From Candidatus Udaeobacter sp. (GTDB lineage: Bacteria > Patescibacteriota > Patescibacteriia > Magasanikbacterales > GWA2-37-8): a DNA stretch of 39,733 nucleotides. A model generated the notes under the pieces. It made no database searches. It saw nothing but the letters and a program-made list of their open reading frames with translations, and was not told where the DNA came from. The position numbers and the translations under genes are program-made. The DNA lies in the NCBI GenBank assembly GCA_035473115.1, contig DATION010000007.1, forward strand, positions 1 to 39,733, written 5' to 3'. Below are positions 25,995 to 34,447 of the stretch, piece by piece. The stretch's first letter is position 1, and the number at the start of each line of letters is the position of its first letter.

Positions 25995-26903
25995 ATGCAA
26001 TCTTTTCTTAGAGTTATAAAATTTGCTTTTCAAGATTTGGCCAGAAGCCTTAGCCTGTCGTTTATGACCATTTTTATTTTGGTCCTCATGCTTTTATCGG
26101 TAAATACTCTATGGTCGCTTGACACTCTAACCAAAGCGGCAGTGGAAGCCGTAAAAAAACAGATCGACGTTAGTATTTATTTCGCGCCAGAAGCAACTGA
26201 CAAAAATGTCAATGAAATCAAATCTTATGTGGCTATGTTTCCGGAAGTGACCGATATTAAATTACAATCCAAAGAAGATGTTTTGGCTTCATTTCGTGAA
26301 CAGCATAAATTACAGCAGGAAGCCTTGGATGCTTTGTCCGAGCTTGGCAAGAATCCGTTTGGTCCAACGATGGTCATAAAAACCAAAGAACCACAGGATT
26401 ATAAAAAAATAGTGGAAGCTTTGAGTGTCCCCGAATATTCCAGCTTAATTGAAGCTAAAAGTTTTGATAATCATGAAGACGCCATTGAAAGGCTGCAAAA
26501 TATTACCAATCGAATTGAGAGAATAGGCTTTGGCCTTACTATTCTCTTTGCCCTTATTTCTTTTTTGATTATATTCAACACTATCCGCGTGGCCATCAAT
26601 ACCCAGCGTATGGAAATCAGCATCAAACGACTGGTGGGAGCCAGTAACTGGTTTATTCGCGGGCCGTATCTGGTTGAGTCTTTGGTATTTACTATTTTTA
26701 GCGTGCTGCTCACAGTCGGTTTAGTTTTTTTGGGACTAAGATGGATTGATCCATATCTGGCCATAGTTTTGCCTAATGGTTTCTCCTTGACAAGTTACTT
26801 CAAATCTAATATGCTGACGCTGTTCGGAATACAAGCTTTAGCCGTGCTGGCGCTTACCGTTTTATCCAGCGGTTTGGCCATGCGCAAGCAGCTAAAAGCC
26901 TAG
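25995..26903 (+). CDS. ftsX: Cell division permease FtsX
   Basis: IFNTIRVAI...EISIKRLVGASNWFIRGPYLVE. Confidence 0.93.
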   Translation: MQSFLRVIKFAFQDLARSLSLSFMTIFILVLMLLSVNTLWSLDTLTKAAVEAVKKQIDVSIYFAPEATDKNVNEIKSYVAMFPEVTDIKLQSKEDVLASFREQHKLQQEALDALSELGKNPFGPTMVIKTKEPQDYKKIVEALSVPEYSSLIEAKSFDNHEDAIERLQNITNRIERIGFGLTILFALISFLIIFNTIRVAINTQRMEISIKRLVGASNWFIRGPYLVESLVFTIFSVLLTVGLVFLGLRWIDPYLAIVLPNGFSLTSYFKSNMLTLFGIQALAVLALTVLSSGLAMRKQLKA

Positions 26904-26907
26904 TGAT

Positions 26908-26978
26908 TCCGAGGTCGTCTAAAGGTAGGACAAGAGCCTTTGAAGCTCTATATCTTGGTTCGATTCCAAGCCTCGGAA
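26908..26978 (+). tRNA. tRNA-Gln(TTG)
   Basis: Acceptor tccgagg/cctcgga; agagc-ctTTGaa-gctct; TTCGATT. Confidence 0.95.
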
Positions 26979-26995
26979 CAAAATAATCCAAATGT

Positions 26996-27187
26996 ATGAA
27001 ATGGTATAAAAAACAATTGGATCAGCTAAAAAAATCTAAAGCAGGGCCGGTTGTGGCAGACGAAGAAAATGATACAAAAAAAATTTCAAAAAATACGTTT
27101 AACTTAAATAAGCCGATAGGAAAAAGTCATTTCCCCAATCCAGTTGCTGCCAGCAACAAAAATCGTCCTAAAACTGATTCTAAATAA
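26996..27187 (+). CDS. Small basic hypothetical protein
   Basis: 63-aa Lys-rich ORF followed by terminator aaaaacttcc...gggaagttttt. Confidence 0.6.
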   Translation: MKWYKKQLDQLKKSKAGPVVADEENDTKKISKNTFNLNKPIGKSHFPNPVAASNKNRPKTDSK

Positions 27188-27237
27188 AAAACTTCCTTTT
27201 AGCGGGAAGTTTTTTATAGTTAATTTTTATAAAAAAA

Positions 27238-27387
27238 GCCTTTTGGAAGATCGGCAAGCGTTATCTGCGAGTGGTCTTTGTCCCGGGCGATATCCACAAA
27301 GGGGAGGGAGTGAATATCTGTACAGACAGAGGACTTCTCAGCAGGTCGCTCAGTTAAACTGATAGTGCAGCTTTTCTTCCAAAAGGC
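27238..27387 (-). ncRNA. Candidate 150-nt rod-shaped RNA (6S-like?)
   Basis: 13-bp closing stem GCCUUUUGGAAGA/UCUUCCAAAAGGC followed by U7; promoter immediately upstream; internal helices. Confidence 0.65.
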
Positions 27388-27393
27388 AAAAGA

Positions 27394-27422
27394 AACATAT
27401 CATAATAGTTACTTTTTGTCAA
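27394..27422 (-). promoter_or_regulatory. sigma70 promoter for the 150-nt RNA
   Basis: TTGACA-17 nt-TATGTT with a TG extended -10. Confidence 0.7.
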
Positions 27423-27467
27423 TATCCAGTTGTTTTTTAGTCATTTTTAAGATAAAATAATGTGGCT

Positions 27468-28202
27468 ATGCAAAAAATAGACCTAAAATTAGAAAAATAT
27501 AACTGGCAAGTATATTTGCGTGATGAAGCCGATCAAAGTGTTTTTAATGAGATATTTAAACTGCATGAGTATCGTTCGGCAGATGAAGTTATAACAAATG
27601 CCAAGTATCCGATTGTAGATATTGGCGCTCATGCCGGTTTTTTTGCTATGTATTGTCGGTCTTTAAATAAGAAAGTAAAAATTTATTCGGTAGAGCCGGA
27701 GCCGGCTAATTTAAAAATATTAAAACAGCATTTGGCTGAGAATAAAATTTTAGGCGTAAAAATTGTTGCCGGAGCTTTGGCTGGGCAGACAGGAAAAAGA
27801 AAGTTAATTTTGTCTGAGGATAGTCATAATCATAAGCTGGCAAACGAAGGTTTGGAAGACGGATTATTCGCCGATTTTGTTCCTGAGAGTGGAAATAAAG
27901 AAAAAACAATTTCTGTCCCAGCTTTTACTTTTGCGGATTTTTGCCGGAAAAATAAATTAAAAAAAATCTCTTTGTTAAAAATGGATATTGAAGGCGGCGA
28001 GTATGAAGTATTTGACGGCATGTCAACTGAGGACTTTATGATGGTAAATTTTATAATTTTGGAGTATCATAGTAAAAATAAAGAGTATAAACAGCTAGAG
28101 GAAAAATTAAGAACAAACGGTTTTGGCGTCCAGACGTTTCCGTCTCATTTTGATAAAACTATGGGTTTTATCTGGGCCAATAACAAAAGATTAAAAAATT
28201 AA
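27468..28202 (+). CDS. FkbM family methyltransferase
   Basis: VDIGAHAGFF, VEPEP, LLKMDIEGGE (alternative GTG start at 27462). Confidence 0.88.
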   Translation: MQKIDLKLEKYNWQVYLRDEADQSVFNEIFKLHEYRSADEVITNAKYPIVDIGAHAGFFAMYCRSLNKKVKIYSVEPEPANLKILKQHLAENKILGVKIVAGALAGQTGKRKLILSEDSHNHKLANEGLEDGLFADFVPESGNKEKTISVPAFTFADFCRKNKLKKISLLKMDIEGGEYEVFDGMSTEDFMMVNFIILEYHSKNKEYKQLEEKLRTNGFGVQTFPSHFDKTMGFIWANNKRLKN

Positions 28203-28215
28203 AATTTTAAAGAGT

Positions 28216-29544
28216 ATGGATAAACAAGCTTGGGTAGTGGCGGTCGATATGGGTTATGGGCATCAGCGCGCGGCTTACCCTTTACGCCATCTTTCTCCAA
28301 CCGGTCAAGTAATTATTGCTAACAATTACAAAGGCATTCCGCAAAAAGATTATCGTATCTGGAAGGAATCGGAAAGTTTTTATAATTTTGTTTCCCGGTT
28401 CGTTAGTATTCCTTTGATTGGTCAGTTTTTGTTTGGGATATTCGATAGATTCCAAAGAATTAAAGAATTCTATCCGCGCCGTGATCTGTCGGCTCCTAAT
28501 TTGCAAGTGCGAAGTTTATATTCTTTGATTGCAAGAGATTGGGGTAAAGACTTGATTAATTTGCTTAATACCAAAAATATTCCTTTGGTAACAACATTTT
28601 TTACCGTCGCTTTTTTTGCCGAAGAGCACGAATTTAAAAACGATATTTACCTGGTCGTGTGTGATACCGATATTAGCCGAACCTGGGTTGCTCTTAACCC
28701 GCAAAAAAGCCGGATAAAATACCTGGCTCCTTGCCGAAGAGTGGTGGACAGATTAAAGCTTTATGGCGTAAAAGAAGAAAACATTTTTTTGACTGGTTTT
28801 CCTTTGCCTGAAGAAAATTTAGGCGGCGATGATTTGAGAGTTTTAAAAGCAGATTTAGTAGCCAGAATTCATAATCTTGATCCGCTTAAAAGATATAGGC
28901 AGAAATATCACAATACTGTGGAGCATTTTCTCAAAGATGCTGGCGATGAAATTGCCAACAAAACCCATCCGCTTACCGTTACTTTTGCGGTGGGAGGAGC
29001 CGGAGCTCAGAAGATCATGACCAAAGATATTTTACGCAGTCTTAAAAAACGGCTGTTAAAAGGAGATTTGCAATTAAATTTAGTCGCCGGTACGCGCAAT
29101 GATGTTTATCTATACTTTCAAGCCAAAATTAAAGAATTGGGTCTAAAAAAATTATTAGACAAGAACATAAAAATTATTTTTGCCATGGAAAAAGAGGATT
29201 ATTTCCGTCAGTTTAACGAATGTTTAAGAACAACAGATGTGCTTTGGACAAAACCAAGTGAATTAGTTTTCTATGCCGGTTTGGGTCTGCCTCTTATAAT
29301 GGCTCCTTCGGTCGGTTCTCAGGAAGTATTTAATCGAACCTGGCTAAAAACGATTAACGCGGGTATTTCGCAAAGTAATCCTAAGTATGCCAGTGAATGG
29401 CTGTTTGACTGGATAGATAGCGGCTGGCTGGCAGAGGCGGCTATGGCCGGATTTTTGGATGGCCGGCAGTTTGGCGTTTACAACATTAAAGACGTTGTTT
29501 TTGAAGGTGTTAAAGAACCAACCAAGAGCCGTCAGTTAATGTAA
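28216..29544 (+). CDS. GT-B glycosyltransferase-like protein (MGDG-synthase/UgtP-like motifs)
   Basis: VDMGYGHQRAA, VCDTD, TGFP, WTKPSE, GSQEVFN. Confidence 0.65.
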   Translation: MDKQAWVVAVDMGYGHQRAAYPLRHLSPTGQVIIANNYKGIPQKDYRIWKESESFYNFVSRFVSIPLIGQFLFGIFDRFQRIKEFYPRRDLSAPNLQVRSLYSLIARDWGKDLINLLNTKNIPLVTTFFTVAFFAEEHEFKNDIYLVVCDTDISRTWVALNPQKSRIKYLAPCRRVVDRLKLYGVKEENIFLTGFPLPEENLGGDDLRVLKADLVARIHNLDPLKRYRQKYHNTVEHFLKDAGDEIANKTHPLTVTFAVGGAGAQKIMTKDILRSLKKRLLKGDLQLNLVAGTRNDVYLYFQAKIKELGLKKLLDKNIKIIFAMEKEDYFRQFNECLRTTDVLWTKPSELVFYAGLGLPLIMAPSVGSQEVFNRTWLKTINAGISQSNPKYASEWLFDWIDSGWLAEAAMAGFLDGRQFGVYNIKDVVFEGVKEPTKSRQLM

Positions 29545-29548
29545 AATT

Positions 29549-29875
29549 ATGGCGACAGAAACAAAAAAAGAAATCGCCGACCTGTTGAAAAAAATTGTTG
29601 TTTTTGAAAAAAAATTTAAAGAAGAGATTTTGCAAAAATCCGCTGGCTTAGAAGAAACTAAGCTGCAGAAACTAAAAAAGGTTTTATTAGAAGTTAAGCA
29701 GTGGCAGACCAAGCTTTTGCAGAACAAGATTGCCAATGATCCGGATTTTTATTATAAAGTTATGGATGTTAAACGCAAGGCAGATCAAGCGGTGATTGAC
29801 ACCTTTCGGCAGAAGTTTAAAGCCGAAGATCATAAAAAAATGGAAATTATTTTGAATAAAATACATTCATTATAA
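29549..29875 (+). CDS. Hypothetical helical protein
   Basis: 108-aa charged ORF, 4-5 nt from both neighbours. Confidence 0.75.
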   Translation: MATETKKEIADLLKKIVVFEKKFKEEILQKSAGLEETKLQKLKKVLLEVKQWQTKLLQNKIANDPDFYYKVMDVKRKADQAVIDTFRQKFKAEDHKKMEIILNKIHSL

Positions 29876-29880
29876 GTTAT

Positions 29881-32028
29881 ATGGCTAAAGATGACGCCGA
29901 AAAAAAATCGTTAGATGGTGCGGAAGATAGAGAATCCCCAATACCTACCGCGGACAATCTTGATGTAACTGAAAAGATCACAGACGCCTTAACTGGTTCT
30001 AATACCCCAGAAGGCTTGGCTGATTTTTTGTCACCTTCTGAAGTTAGAGCAGTAGAACAAAGTCAAAGAGAAATAAGAGAAATTTTGGAAAACAAAAAAG
30101 TAGATCCGGAATTAATCCGGCGTGTTTTGAGAGAATTAGGTACAACCAAAGACCTGCAAGCTTTTGCTGATAACAATTTCGTTGAAGAATTAAAGAAAGA
30201 AAAAGGCAAGGAAGCCGTAGAAAATAAACTGAAGCAGTTCGCAGGCATGATGGAACGAAGAAATTGGGGAAGAATTTTTAATGAGCTTCATGAAGGCGAT
30301 ACGGTGATTAGTTTTTCTTTGCCTGGTGCAGATTTTTTATTACTCAAACATCTTAACGATGATGTTTTTAATCCGTCAGTTGCTGATTTAATCATTGAAG
30401 CAAAACGAGAAAAAATTAGAGAAAAACTTTCGGTTTTATTTCCAGGGCAAGGTTTGCTTAGAAATGATTATAAAATAGAAATCGCTAAAATCCCGAAGGG
30501 AATGGAATATAAGCAGGATGATTTGGAAAAAATGATGGTGGAAATAGACAATGAAATGGTAGAAGCAATAGAAAAATTAGCCGCAGATTTTTTGAAAAAA
30601 AATGAAGACTTAACTGATAAGAAAAGAAGTAGGGTAGAAGATTTCTTAAGTCAGCTTAGGGGTGTCGATGGTGGTAAAAAAGGTTTTAGAATGAATTACG
30701 GAATTGCTAAAGTAACAGGCGCGGAAAGTAAAGATAAAATTTTAGCAGTTAACAATGCTATCGGTACTGCTCGCATGTCTCGGTCTGATTCTGAAAATTA
30801 TGGCAGTGAATATTCGGAAGAGAGCACATTGGTAGAATTGGAATCAATTAAAAATTTAAGAGATAAAATTATAGCTGACGGAAATTCAATTGCGGATAAA
30901 GACGGTAATAATTTTATAATTTTTTCAAAAAATGAGGATGGTAGGTATGCTTTCAATAGAGATTTACTGCGTGATGCTCGTAAAGGAAAGTTTGAACCGG
31001 CTGTAGGGCAAGAAGATTTTTTAAAACAAGTAATTTTATATACCAAAAAATTAAATATTTTGGATTTTATAAAGCCGTTTGTTTATGAAGACTTACCGGC
31101 AGTGGAGTCTGGTATCCAAGAAGCTAACGCTTTGGCGGATAAATTGCGAAAAGGGGAAACTTCGGCAGAGTCAGATAGAGCAAAAGTAAAAGAAATATTA
31201 AATAGTGATGAAAGAGCTGCCGGTTTTACTTCTCGTATGGAGTTTAATCGTCGAGCCACCAATATGTCCAAAGCTGCCTATATCAGCATGGATGTTTTGG
31301 ATTTAGGTGTGGATCAGCTTTTGGCGTATGAGCAGGAAATAGAAAAGATTAATAATGGAGAATTGAGCAAAGAGCAAAAAGCAGAGGAGTTTAGCAAAGC
31401 TTCTTTGCGCGCCGGTGATAGTATTACGGAACGTTTAAAATTTTTTTGGAATACAGTCAAAAAAGTTTGCTCGGATAAAAAGTATAATTTAAATAATAAA
31501 GATGGTTTAGTTACCGGCTTAGTTGGCGGAGATGAGTTAACATTGGCAATAGAAATTGGAGACGGAGAAGGGCAGATAAGCGAAGAATTAGCGCGCCAGT
31601 TAATTTTTCAATTAAAAGATGAAACTAATTCTCGGGTAATTGAAACCAGAGCTTCTCATAGTGTAAAAGACAGCGCTGATGAAACCGATCAGGCGGCTTT
31701 GGCTGAAGCGCATATTCAAGCAATGGATAGATCTGCTAAGGGGGCGGCGATTTTAAAAAATATTGAAGAGTTTGCTAGAAAATATAACAGGCTTTTTGCC
31801 AGGTCAGAAAAAAAATCTGAACTAGAAGATAGATTAAAAATTTTTGGCAGTTTATTTACATTAGAAAAAGGAAAAGGAGTAATAAAAACAAATGCTGTTG
31901 TTATTGAAGAAAATGGCAGATTGGTGGTAGCTAATGATAATAATTATAAAGCTGAATATGAAAATATCGAAGATGAATTAAAGTCTGTACTCGCAGAAGA
32001 TTTTTACCCCGAAAAAATAGCTGTTTGA
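29881..32028 (+). CDS. Large acidic protein with two degenerate GGDEF-like domains
   Basis: Domain 1 LKHLNDD..ADLII..FRMNYGIA; domain 2 YISMDVLDLG..AGDSI..GLVGGDELTLA. Confidence 0.6.
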   Translation: MAKDDAEKKSLDGAEDRESPIPTADNLDVTEKITDALTGSNTPEGLADFLSPSEVRAVEQSQREIREILENKKVDPELIRRVLRELGTTKDLQAFADNNFVEELKKEKGKEAVENKLKQFAGMMERRNWGRIFNELHEGDTVISFSLPGADFLLLKHLNDDVFNPSVADLIIEAKREKIREKLSVLFPGQGLLRNDYKIEIAKIPKGMEYKQDDLEKMMVEIDNEMVEAIEKLAADFLKKNEDLTDKKRSRVEDFLSQLRGVDGGKKGFRMNYGIAKVTGAESKDKILAVNNAIGTARMSRSDSENYGSEYSEESTLVELESIKNLRDKIIADGNSIADKDGNNFIIFSKNEDGRYAFNRDLLRDARKGKFEPAVGQEDFLKQVILYTKKLNILDFIKPFVYEDLPAVESGIQEANALADKLRKGETSAESDRAKVKEILNSDERAAGFTSRMEFNRRATNMSKAAYISMDVLDLGVDQLLAYEQEIEKINNGELSKEQKAEEFSKASLRAGDSITERLKFFWNTVKKVCSDKKYNLNNKDGLVTGLVGGDELTLAIEIGDGEGQISEELARQLIFQLKDETNSRVIETRASHSVKDSADETDQAALAEAHIQAMDRSAKGAAILKNIEEFARKYNRLFARSEKKSELEDRLKIFGSLFTLEKGKGVIKTNAVVIEENGRLVVANDNNYKAEYENIEDELKSVLAEDFYPEKIAV

Positions 32029-32092
32029 CGGTAATTGGTGACGATGATACGCTAAAAACAGCTCTTTCACAATTAAGAGCTGGAGGTAAGCC

Positions 32093-33601
32093 ATGCGTCA
32101 AACAATGTTTGTTGTGATGTTAATGTTTGGTTGGGCGGCGTGTGGCGGGACTTCTCTTCACCCAGGAAAGATTAGGCAATCAGTAAGTAATGCCAATTCA
32201 GTAGCTCAGGTAGAAGGTAGAAAAAATTCCTGGTTTGTCCGGGAGATTTTTCGGCAAGTAGCGGCGCAAGAAATCAGCGCTCAAAAAGCTAGAACAATTT
32301 TAGATGACCGTTCGTTTTCTCTTCAGGACGATTCAGCGCAAGCTATTAAGGCTTTCACAGGTTTTGTGAATGAACCTGGTTCCGATGAAATCAGGTGTAA
32401 TCTTGCTGCTGATTTGGCCTATTACTTCAAACTAGGATCAGATTACGCGGACAAGGCTATCAATTGCCATACCCGTTTGCCTGATCAGGCTAAGTTAGCT
32501 TGCCTCAGACCAGGCTCTCTGGCTTTGCAGAGACAATTAGCTGGCAAATACATTATTGATTTTTTAAGTAATCATAGGCCGCTTAAAATTCATTTAGTAC
32601 CTTACCCCTATGGTGGTTTCTATGTGGCGGAAAGTACTTTTGCCGACATGCTTGAAATTGCTGGTCTATGCACTCTTGACCAGGAAGAATACAGGAGCCT
32701 GTTAGCTTTTGGAATAAAGACCAATGAAGTCTGGTTAACCAGAAAAATCTTTGAGTTAGAAAGATTTGCCAAGCAGCCGGAGGATTTTGATCAGTTTTTT
32801 ACTTTGGCTTTGGGCAAATACGAATGCGGCACTGCTGCCACAGTAGCCTTTGAACACCATTTGTCCGATCAGATTATCGAAAGTATCTTTTTGGATAAAA
32901 GGTGTTTCAGCGGTAATCTTGGAGAACTTGATCCGGCATTAGCGCCTAAAGAAAAAGCAGAATGGCTCTTTAGTTTGTGCTTGCGTGCCCAGGAATTTTC
33001 TTTAGGCAGCAAAGTGATCAAGCAGTTTCAATTGGATAAAGACCATTTCAATCTTCTCGTGTCCGAAGGCTTAAAAGCTCATGACTATAATGATGTGTTG
33101 AATATGGAGCCGTGGGGGAGTGATTCAGTTGAGTATTTTCGTTTTACGGTTTTTAAAGAAATGTTAAGCGCAAATGAAGAGCTGGCTATGGCGAACTTTG
33201 TCCAAGCGCAGAGCTTTGATTTTGTTCAACTTAGCAGCAATCAATTGCTGGAATTGGTTTTTAGCCACGCTCTGTTTCGCTCCGATTATATGCTTGCTGC
33301 GGAGATAATAGCCAGGCATGGAGTAACCAAAAATAAGGACGATGGCATTAGGATTGCTTTTGAAAGCGCCTTACAAAAAGGAGATGACAAAAGTGCTTTC
33401 TATATTGCCAGTCGTCATCGGTTGGGTGCTGATTATCTAACGCGTGTGGCAAATTTTCGCAGGCTGAAGCTGTTGAGAGCAGAACAGGAAAAAGTTTTTC
33501 AGGCGGCTCATGAGGCTGCCGAAGCGTCTCGAAGAGTAAGAGAAAGATGTATAAGTTCAAGAAAGGCAGGTGGTGAGTGGGGAGCGGACACATGCAGGTA
33601 G
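32093..33601 (+). CDS. Hypothetical helical lipoprotein
   Basis: GGAGGT RBS; lipobox-like WAAC; 502-aa ORF; terminator cccctgtactctcg/gagggtgcagggg after the stop. Confidence 0.75.
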   Translation: MRQTMFVVMLMFGWAACGGTSLHPGKIRQSVSNANSVAQVEGRKNSWFVREIFRQVAAQEISAQKARTILDDRSFSLQDDSAQAIKAFTGFVNEPGSDEIRCNLAADLAYYFKLGSDYADKAINCHTRLPDQAKLACLRPGSLALQRQLAGKYIIDFLSNHRPLKIHLVPYPYGGFYVAESTFADMLEIAGLCTLDQEEYRSLLAFGIKTNEVWLTRKIFELERFAKQPEDFDQFFTLALGKYECGTAATVAFEHHLSDQIIESIFLDKRCFSGNLGELDPALAPKEKAEWLFSLCLRAQEFSLGSKVIKQFQLDKDHFNLLVSEGLKAHDYNDVLNMEPWGSDSVEYFRFTVFKEMLSANEELAMANFVQAQSFDFVQLSSNQLLELVFSHALFRSDYMLAAEIIARHGVTKNKDDGIRIAFESALQKGDDKSAFYIASRHRLGADYLTRVANFRRLKLLRAEQEKVFQAAHEAAEASRRVRERCISSRKAGGEWGADTCR

Positions 33602-33664
33602 ATAGACCCCCTGTACTCTCGTCGAGGGTGCAGGGGATTGGTTTATAAATTAACTTTTTTAGGA

Positions 33665-33693
33665 TTGACATTGATTTGTCTTTTATATATAAT
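33665..33693 (+). promoter_or_regulatory. Consensus sigma70 promoter for tRNA-Asn
   Basis: TTGACA-17 nt-TATAAT. Confidence 0.88.
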
Positions 33694-33707
33694 AAGGTTC
33701 AAATTAT

Positions 33708-33779
33708 TCCCAGGTAGCGCAGCGGTAGCGCAGTTGGCTGTTAACCAATTGGTCGTCGGTTCGAATCCGACCCTGGGAG
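33708..33779 (+). tRNA. tRNA-Asn(GTT)
   Basis: Acceptor tcccagg/cctggga; ttggc-tGTTaa-ccaa anticodon arm; TTCGAAT. Confidence 0.95.
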
Positions 33780-33813
33780 CAACTTACAAGCAGTAACTAC
33801 TTCTAAATATAAT

Positions 33814-34275
33814 ATGCCAAAAACTCCTCCGGAAGGCGCTCCAGTAGTTGATCTATTTGCATTTAGAAAAACAAAAGAAGATAAAAAAGGAAAAGATCCT
33901 ATACCTAAACCTATCGAATCCGATGCGGTGGTATTGGAAGATAAGCCTGCACACAAAGATGACGGTTGCTGGGGCTGTTTGTTGGCCCGGGAAGGTATTA
34001 AGGTGCATGAAGTTGTTGCTATTGCTAAACAATTGGAGGAGCTTATTATTGTAAAGATGAAATTCAAGAAAAATCCTAGTACATTTGAAGATGCTTGCAA
34101 GATACTAAGAAATGAAGATACCCGCGGCATAGTAAATATAGTTATGTCACTTTCTGATTTTGATGCACGCAAGAAACCATCGTATACATTAGCAGTGATT
34201 GCTGTTTTTAGAGAAAAATTGAGAGCAGAACGAGCTCGGCTTGAGCCTGCTAAAACTGATGAGCCTATTGAGTAA
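33814..34275 (+). CDS. Hypothetical protein with a CxxC motif
   Basis: 153-aa ORF containing GCWGC; terminator at 34304-34339. Confidence 0.7.
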   Translation: MPKTPPEGAPVVDLFAFRKTKEDKKGKDPIPKPIESDAVVLEDKPAHKDDGCWGCLLAREGIKVHEVVAIAKQLEELIIVKMKFKKNPSTFEDACKILRNEDTRGIVNIVMSLSDFDARKKPSYTLAVIAVFREKLRAERARLEPAKTDEPIE

Positions 34276-34447
34276 TATTTTGTTTGGAGATTTTTTTGGA
34301 ATTAAAAATAAAACAGCTAGTTACAGCTGTTTTATTTTTGTAATCAGACGGTAGAGTAAATTGCTCTGCTTTTAAAAAAGGAGTACCCTATAATAAAGAC
34401 ATATATTATTGGAATCAGTTCAATTTGTGGACGATAACTTGTAAATT

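Noticed and set aside
33708-34275. tRNA-Asn as an integration site
   Set aside because: No duplicated tRNA 3' end and no integrase found
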